From: Candidatus Thorarchaeota archaeon
GTDB lineage: Archaea; Asgardarchaeota; Thorarchaeia; Thorarchaeales; Thorarchaeaceae
Assembly: GCA_048882485.1 (NCBI GenBank)
Contig: JBHLRP010000005.1
Span: 44,936-108,935, forward strand
Direction: 5' to 3'
DNA: 64,000 nucleotides
In this document: positions 57,718 to 64,000 of the stretch, piece by piece
How the letters are laid out: the number at the start of each line of letters is the position of its first letter
How positions within the stretch are numbered: the stretch's first letter is position 1
Made by a program: the position numbers and the translations under genes
Notes under the pieces: model-generated
Seen by the model: only the letters and a program-made list of their open reading frames with translations
Told to the model about the DNA's origin: nothing
Database searches by the model: none

Positions 57718-59190
57718 ATGGAAGGCACCGAAGAAGAAATGAATGAAGTCGCTGTTGATTTTGATGAGCGTTTGCCGCTAAGGTCGAAGTTTGCCTTTGG
57801 TCTATCTCAGGCGTCTATTAACATCCTTCAAGTCATTGCACTAGGGTCAGCAATCACTTTCTATTATAATGTCAAGCTAGGACTAAGTGAGGAATGGGTT
57901 TCTCTTGCTTGGCTCCTGTTTGCCATATGGAACGCCATTAATGATCCTCTCTTTGGAATTCTTCAAGAGAGGATTGATACAGACATCGGACGGCGTATTC
58001 CTATCTTGCGCTTCGGAGCACCAGTCTACACAATTACTTTTCTCATATGCTGGTTTCCGTTCTTGGGCAGCACGCAAATAGCCCTCTTCTGGAACTTTCT
58101 ACTCGTCTTATTCCTTTTCGATTCAATGTTCACTATGGTTGGATTGGTGCAGACAGCTTTACCTGCTGAAATGTGCATAACCCAAGAAGCTAGATCTGGA
58201 CTTAGTCTGTATAATGTGGTTCTAGGATCCATTGGTGGACTATTGGGGATGATAATTCCGTTGGTCCTCCTTACTGATGAGTCAACAACCGAGCTCAATC
58301 CTCTCTTCAAGCCAGTGATGATTCTGGCAGCCTTGACTGCAGGGACAATCCTGTTTCTCTCAAGTTATGCTCTCACGGAAAACGAGTACGCAAGGACTGA
58401 GGAAACTCTTGGTTTCAAGGAGTCCATGATTGAAACGCTCAAGAACAGGGAGTTTCTCTCATTCGAGGCAATGAATTTCTTCCGTGAGTTCGCCTTCACG
58501 ATAGTGACTGGTTCCATGATTTATTTCGTACAATTTGTGTTGGACTTGCAGGGCTTCATGGCTTCTGTTCCTCTGGCAGCTATTTTCGTTGTTATGCTCA
58601 TCTTCAGTTTCCTGGCAGACAGAATGGTGAAGAGGCGTGGACTAAAGCAGGTCTATATCATTGGATCCCTGATTGGCGGTGCTGGCCTCTTTCTGTTGCT
58701 ATTCGCTGGAAGTATGCAGTTAGCAGTGATGCTATGCTTTGTTGTAGTAGGAATTGGTTTGGCTCCAGTCCTATTGATTTTCAATCCGCTATTGGCTGAT
58801 GTCATGGATTACGATGAACTGCTAACCGGTAAGAGACGGGAAACGACTTATGCAGGAATGAACGCGCTACTCACAAAACCAGCAATCTCTATTGCTAACG
58901 CGCTATTCTTGCTGATAATCAGTGGATTTGGCTTTGACAATACACAGACTGCGCAGTCAGTAACAGCAATCCTTGGAATTCTGTTGGGATACTCACTAAT
59001 TCCCGCGCTATCATTCATAATCAGTGCGATCGCGCTTTGGAAACTTTACAGGCTCGATGGCAAGGAGTGGATAGAAAAGAAGGTCGAATTGGGTAAGGTG
59101 CGACTGCTGAAAGAGAGGGAATACATCGAACGCCTTCAAAGAGAAGGGAAGATATCCAAGGTCTATGAGAGAATCTACAGGGAGTCCTAG
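57718..59190 (+). CDS. GPH-family (MelB-like) MFS sugar/glycoside transporter (intact copy B)
   Basis: WNAINDPLFG, GRRIP, LADVMDYDELLTGKRRE..Y.G. Confidence 0.9.
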   Translation: MEGTEEEMNEVAVDFDERLPLRSKFAFGLSQASINILQVIALGSAITFYYNVKLGLSEEWVSLAWLLFAIWNAINDPLFGILQERIDTDIGRRIPILRFGAPVYTITFLICWFPFLGSTQIALFWNFLLVLFLFDSMFTMVGLVQTALPAEMCITQEARSGLSLYNVVLGSIGGLLGMIIPLVLLTDESTTELNPLFKPVMILAALTAGTILFLSSYALTENEYARTEETLGFKESMIETLKNREFLSFEAMNFFREFAFTIVTGSMIYFVQFVLDLQGFMASVPLAAIFVVMLIFSFLADRMVKRRGLKQVYIIGSLIGGAGLFLLLFAGSMQLAVMLCFVVVGIGLAPVLLIFNPLLADVMDYDELLTGKRRETTYAGMNALLTKPAISIANALFLLIISGFGFDNTQTAQSVTAILGILLGYSLIPALSFIISAIALWKLYRLDGKEWIEKKVELGKVRLLKEREYIERLQREGKISKVYERIYRES

Positions 59191-59268
59191 GACAAGAACG
59201 AAAGCGGCAGTTGGCTTCATATTCCCCTAACATCTCTATTAAATGGCTTCAACACGTTCATTTTATGC

Positions 59269-60156
59269 GTGGTTGTGATGCATCTAAAAGGAATTGAGAA
59301 ACTGCGAGAGAAATTGCCCGCCTACCCTGGAAACCGAATAGGAATCATTCTTCTAAGAGGTTTCCTTGGGATGATATTGGGCTACTCCTTTATGATATTC
59401 CTAGACATAGTTGCGCGGATTCTTCCCGACGTCGCCTTTCTTGCGTCCATTGAACCCTATCTGCCGTTTGTTGGTAGCATCATTGTTGGAGGAATTGGAA
59501 TATTACTCATCAGAAGAATCTGGGACCTACGAGATGAGAGGAAAAGGGAATACGGGAATTTGGCATATCAGAAAATGATTCCGATTGGAGTGGCGGGGGT
59601 CTTCCTCGTCCCATCGGTTGTCTTTCATGCATTTACATCTATTCGATCCTTACCGCCTGGGCCTCCTATTAATAATCTGACATCGCTTTGGTCACAATCC
59701 ATTCTCTCAATAGCTGGGATTTCGGCTGAGATTGATGTTATTCTTCGGCTAGCAATCAGCTCAATCCTTATCCTTATTGGTATCCTGCTTGTAAGGAGTG
59801 CCATCCTGACTTTCGGGATAGACTACATGACTGTTGTGTACCTATATTTCCCAGAAGAATCAGAAGTCCAACAGAGTGAGATTTACTCTGTCATTCGCCA
59901 CCCCGCCTACCTTGCTGTTGTTCTCTTTGGAATGGCGGCACTATTCTTTAGGCTCTCTGTCTATTCGATTGGAATCTGTGTCATTATCTATGCATTACTG
60001 AGGCTCCACATCCGAAGAGAAGAGAGGGAACTCATTGAGCGGTTTGGAGATGGCTATTCTGAGTATATGAGGAGGGTTCCCGCGCTATATGTTAGTCCAG
60101 AGAATTATGGGAAATTCTTCAGATTCCTCAGGGGAAGTGATTCAGCTGACCAGTGA
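59269..60156 (+). CDS. ICMT/PEMT-family membrane methyltransferase with N-terminal TM extension
   Basis: IYSVIRHPAYL, EERELIERFGDGYSEYMRRVP. Confidence 0.85.
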   Translation: MVVMHLKGIEKLREKLPAYPGNRIGIILLRGFLGMILGYSFMIFLDIVARILPDVAFLASIEPYLPFVGSIIVGGIGILLIRRIWDLRDERKREYGNLAYQKMIPIGVAGVFLVPSVVFHAFTSIRSLPPGPPINNLTSLWSQSILSIAGISAEIDVILRLAISSILILIGILLVRSAILTFGIDYMTVVYLYFPEESEVQQSEIYSVIRHPAYLAVVLFGMAALFFRLSVYSIGICVIIYALLRLHIRREERELIERFGDGYSEYMRRVPALYVSPENYGKFFRFLRGSDSADQ

Positions 60157-60192
60157 CAACTTATGGATATTTCATGAATTCCCTTAGTATAG

Positions 60193-61818
60193 TCAAGGAA
60201 TCACTTGGTCATCAATTATCTCTATCTGGAACATCTTGCCATCTCTCCAAAGCTCACATGTTCGTTGTAATGACCACAAATAAGCTCCATCCCATGCCAA
60301 AGCATCAGTTCCCCATGCGACAGGATAAATCTTCCCGGCCAACGTCCAGTTCGAATCCCATTTCGTCAAATAGAGACCTGATTCTCCCCAGAAGAAAGTT
60401 CCAGTCCATACAATAGAACCCGCAGAAGTGCCACCTTTAAAGGGAATCTCCGAAATCAGACTCCCTGTCATATTCATTCTATAAACAACGGTTCCCGCGA
60501 CCGTGTATAGGAAGTTGCCATCGCATGCTAGGGTAGCGTAACCTGTTTCTTCAGAATGAGGGGTAGAAAATGAAGTCAGCAGTTCTATGTACCCGCTTGT
60601 GTTGACTGTGAATTTGAAGATTTTCCGATGTGTCAGGTCATTGACCCAGAAGTATTTGCCATCATTAGCTAAGCCTCGCGGATTGAATACAAAATCATTG
60701 CCATAGAAAGTATGGTTTCCCGTGACAGGATCAATTCTAATGAAATCCTGAAAGGTTCCTTTTGTATGCGAAGCAAAGTCGAAACGCCAGAGACTTCCGT
60801 TCAAGAAGGTAAGCGCAGGTCCAGTGGTAGTTTCTTTCTCAAGGCGCTTCACAACCCTACGGGTTTCGTCCTCTGCTGGATAGACGTAAAGATATTTGTC
60901 CTCCGGGTCACCAGGAACATACCCTAGCTCCACCCGCTTGCTGTCTTGAAAATCGAGAGTTGGAATAGCTACCGTACCGCTTCCAAAGTCATTGTCGTGG
61001 GTTGTATTTGTTGTCGTGAAATCAATCGCAATTGGGGTATCTCCTATGTTCTCGAATCGATTTCCAATGATTGCAACGTTGGAGTATTCTCTTGCGGATA
61101 CTGCCCTACCGGTGTAATTGACGAAATAATTCCCTTCAATTGTTGCGTTTGAGTATTCTGTGTGAATTCCATTGTGCCCTCCTTTGAAAATATTGTAACG
61201 GATTGTTACGTTGGGATTCCGAAGTTCCATTATAAGTTCATGATAGGCATTCTCGTAGAGAAGATTGTATTCAATAATCGGGGATGATGCAAAAGATGCA
61301 ATCCCCTCTGTATTTGCCCATCTCACAATAGAATGAGAAATAGTGACTTGTGAGCCCCACTGTTCAATCCCGATGGTGCTAAACTCAATGATCACATACT
61401 TGAAGATGGTGTCATTTGTACCTGAACAACTAATTCCTCCCCAATCGCCATTTATTGGCTCATCAGCATCAGAAGTGAACCATATCTGCTGATCCGGCGT
61501 TCCTATAGCAATCACGGTGCCTCCCGCCACAAAGAAGCTCACAGAGGTGTCTTCCCTATAACCTCTGTAATGTCTGAATTCAACCCACGTACCTGGAAGG
61601 ATTGTCAAGGTCACATTTTCTGGAACTACTACAGTATCATCAACATGAACCAGCCCGGACCAAGTGGTGTCCTCCTCCAAAGTTCCTCCAACGAATGTCA
61701 ATCCACTTTCAGGATGGCTATAGTTGATCAGAACCAATATGGACATAGTTGATATAACCACAATAGCTACAATGATGAGTGCGATAGATTTTCTGCTTGA
61801 TACTATTGTGTTATTCAT
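60193..61818 (-). CDS. N-anchored surface protein: beta-helix plus beta-propeller
   Basis: DTTWSG..V...V.V...VTLTI.PG, GDWGGI; C-terminal GLA.DG..W / LAWDG.YLW repeats. Confidence 0.75.
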   Translation of the reverse strand: MNNTIVSSRKSIALIIVAIVVISTMSILVLINYSHPESGLTFVGGTLEEDTTWSGLVHVDDTVVVPENVTLTILPGTWVEFRHYRGYREDTSVSFFVAGGTVIAIGTPDQQIWFTSDADEPINGDWGGISCSGTNDTIFKYVIIEFSTIGIEQWGSQVTISHSIVRWANTEGIASFASSPIIEYNLLYENAYHELIMELRNPNVTIRYNIFKGGHNGIHTEYSNATIEGNYFVNYTGRAVSAREYSNVAIIGNRFENIGDTPIAIDFTTTNTTHDNDFGSGTVAIPTLDFQDSKRVELGYVPGDPEDKYLYVYPAEDETRRVVKRLEKETTTGPALTFLNGSLWRFDFASHTKGTFQDFIRIDPVTGNHTFYGNDFVFNPRGLANDGKYFWVNDLTHRKIFKFTVNTSGYIELLTSFSTPHSEETGYATLACDGNFLYTVAGTVVYRMNMTGSLISEIPFKGGTSAGSIVWTGTFFWGESGLYLTKWDSNWTLAGKIYPVAWGTDALAWDGAYLWSLQRTCELWRDGKMFQIEIIDDQVIP

Positions 61819-62089
61819 TTCAAGGCCTCTCGGCAGATAATCCCTTCACAATGGGCTTTGCGGCTTTAAAATCTTCAGATGATTCTCGCAATCAGAAAAT
61901 CAGTGTCAACTCAAAGTACAGTCAGGAAATCCTCGTATGCCACGCTTGTGGAGCCGCCGATATTAATATGCCATTGCAAATTCTCTCACTGGAGATTCTA
62001 TTTCATGACGAATGCTATCAAAACATGAAAAGACTCTTGTTCCCATAGTCCACTACTCTGTGACTACAACTTGTAGGAACCTGTTAGAA

Positions 62090-63112
62090 ATGAAGGTCTT
62101 GGGATATGCAGCAAGCGGAGTCGGACAGCCGTTAGAGCCATTCACGTACACGCCGCCCAAACTGGGGGAACGTGATGTCCGGGTTTCGATAACGCACTGT
62201 GGTATGTGCCATTCCGATATCCATGCCATCGACAACTACTATGGAATAACCACCTTCCCTTTTGTTCCCGGTCACGAGGTAGTTGGGCGTGTGTCAGCAA
62301 TCGGCACCGAAGTATCTGACCTTAAGAAAGGGGATCGCGTAGGCATCGGCTGGCAGGGCCGATGTTGCATGCAGTGTGAATGGTGCCTACAGGGTGAAGA
62401 GCAACTCTGTATGGACATTGTGCCGTCAGGAACATGGATCCCGTATGGCGGCTTTTCCACCTCCATCAGTGTGGACAGCCGCTTTGTCTATCCGCTTCCA
62501 GACGCCATGCGCTCTGAGGCGGTCGCAGTGCTCATGTGCGCTGGCATTACAGTCTATTCTCCACTCCGATCGAACGCAGCGAAAAAAGCGCAGAAAATTG
62601 GCATCATCGGTGTGGGAGGGCTGGGCCACCTCGCATTGCAGTTCGCCCGCGCACTCGACTATGACGTAACCGCCATTTCCTCTTCTCCAGAAAAGGAGGA
62701 CCAAGCGCTTGCCTTTGGAGCGGACCATTTCATCGATTCGCACGACGAGGCCAGCTTGCAGGAGAGAGAGTTTAGCTTCGACATGCTGCTATGCACAGCC
62801 TCTGGCAAGATCAACTGGGAACTGTTGTTGAGCACCCTGAAGAAAAATGGGAGTTTTGTTCTTATCGGCTTCCCAGATGTATCTTTCAATTCGACTGATC
62901 TCGTGGCGCACCAGCTATCGATTACGGGGTCATTCCTTGGCAATCGGGCTACAATGCGGGAGATGCTCTCATTTGCCCAGAAACACGACATCGCGCCCAA
63001 GGTAGAGTTGATGCCCATGACAGAGGTAAACGAAGCAATTCGAAAGGTGAGAGAGAACAAGGCACGCTATCGAATCGTGCTATTCAACGACTTCACCGAT
63101 ACGGGAGTCTAG
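62090..63112 (+). CDS. Zn-dependent NAD(P) alcohol dehydrogenase (CAD/Ahr-like)
   Basis: CHSD, GHE, CCMQCEWC.......C, GVGGLGH, RYRIVL. Confidence 0.95.
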   Translation: MKVLGYAASGVGQPLEPFTYTPPKLGERDVRVSITHCGMCHSDIHAIDNYYGITTFPFVPGHEVVGRVSAIGTEVSDLKKGDRVGIGWQGRCCMQCEWCLQGEEQLCMDIVPSGTWIPYGGFSTSISVDSRFVYPLPDAMRSEAVAVLMCAGITVYSPLRSNAAKKAQKIGIIGVGGLGHLALQFARALDYDVTAISSSPEKEDQALAFGADHFIDSHDEASLQEREFSFDMLLCTASGKINWELLLSTLKKNGSFVLIGFPDVSFNSTDLVAHQLSITGSFLGNRATMREMLSFAQKHDIAPKVELMPMTEVNEAIRKVRENKARYRIVLFNDFTDTGV

Positions 63113-63201
63113 GCAAGAAGGAAAATGCGCTAGTGAACAAGTTTATGGTCACCTGGCTTTGGAATCATCCTAGGGCAGTAACGACTCTTTGAGGAATCAT
63201 T

Positions 63202-64000
63202 ATGAAATCTATAGATGGAGCCACAAATTCGGAGATACGCGAGCTAAGGTCAGATGAATACGATGAATTCGTGACACTTATGGAGCTGGCTTTCAAGGAC
63301 AGCATTGAGCAGGACCGGCTTGACGCAGATGAAGTGCGGAAGCTATTGAAGAAGGTTCAAACGCGCTTCTACAAAGTCCTTCAACGAGCCCTGGGAATGA
63401 GAATGGAGTTCTACGTTGCTGAAGTGGAAAACGCCATTGCAAGTGGAATTCAATTAGGTATTGAGAAAGATGAGGTCTATGTAGGTAATCTCATGACACA
63501 TCCAAAATACCAGCGGCAGGGGCTTGCAAGAAAGTTGCTTCAACTAACGTTTGAACGAGCTCGTGAGTTGGAAATGAAGAAGGTGCGACTTGATGCAAGG
63601 GCAGATAATGTCAATGCGGTAAGTCTATACACTTCAGAGGATTTTCAAACAACACTTCAATCTGGCCGTTTTGAATTAGATTCCTTTGCTGAAATCAGTA
63701 GGAGCACAACCGATGATGTGGTTGTACGTGAAGTCAATAGGGTTCCTACTACTGTTATAGACGCAATGTTGGATGATTCCTTTCCCGCGTCATACCTAGA
63801 AGCCAGGGGACGAACGAAATTCCTCAAGGATCTTATTCCCTCAAGAGCCTTACGTTTCTTTGCGGGAAGGCTCGGAGGACAGCTAATCCACAACTATGCC
63901 TTCTATGTGAAGGGAGATGCGGATCCTCGTGGAATCATCGAAGCTTCTCAATCAAGAATTGAAGAAAGGATTCGTCTTTCATCGCCAATTCTTCTTGAGA
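63202..64000 (+). CDS. GNAT acetyltransferase (runs off the window end; absent from the ORF track)
   Basis: Own translation: MKSIDGATNSEIRELR...NLMTHPKYQRQGLARKLL...LDARADNVNAVSLY. Confidence 0.85.
   Translation, partial: MKSIDGATNSEIRELRSDEYDEFVTLMELAFKDSIEQDRLDADEVRKLLKKVQTRFYKVLQRALGMRMEFYVAEVENAIASGIQLGIEKDEVYVGNLMTHPKYQRQGLARKLLQLTFERARELEMKKVRLDARADNVNAVSLYTSEDFQTTLQSGRFELDSFAEISRSTTDDVVVREVNRVPTTVIDAMLDDSFPASYLEARGRTKFLKDLIPSRALRFFAGRLGGQLIHNYAFYVKGDADPRGIIEASQSRIEERIRLSSPILLE

Overview
This is a gene-dense archaeal chromosome segment of about 60 CDS. It most likely comes from an Asgard archaeon of the Thorarchaeia type; this is inferred from the gene families, frequent TTG starts and TATA-like promoters, not proven. 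I saw no rRNA, tRNA, CRISPR array or intact mobile element. Most genes are accessory: DNA repair, detoxification, one-component regulators, C-terminally anchored surface proteins and redox enzymes. Four things stand out. (1) An ArsS-type radical SAM cluster with TIGR04282- and TIGR04283-type glycosyltransferases (arsenosugar-biosynthesis-like) lies at about 46.7-60.2 kb. It appears to have duplicated in tandem and then decayed reciprocally, so most genes survive as a single intact copy, including an unknown membrane protein, a GPH sugar transporter and an unannotated 53-aa protein. (2) A 1210-aa fusion of an aldehyde:ferredoxin oxidoreductase to a FadD-type acyl-CoA ligase is transcribed divergently from a MoaD/SAMP gene and two SCP2 lipid-carrier genes. 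(3) A tandem-AbrB (MraZ-like) regulator is flanked by CCCAAnnTGGG palindromes, next to a candidate small RNA or 30-aa peptide. (4) Several genes are atypical: an Fpg/Nei homologue lacking catalytic residues, an orphan EutA with a Zn-ribbon extension, a probable ATT-initiated regulator, and a surface protein broken by a single TAA. All family assignments come from motif recognition by eye; no database searches were run.
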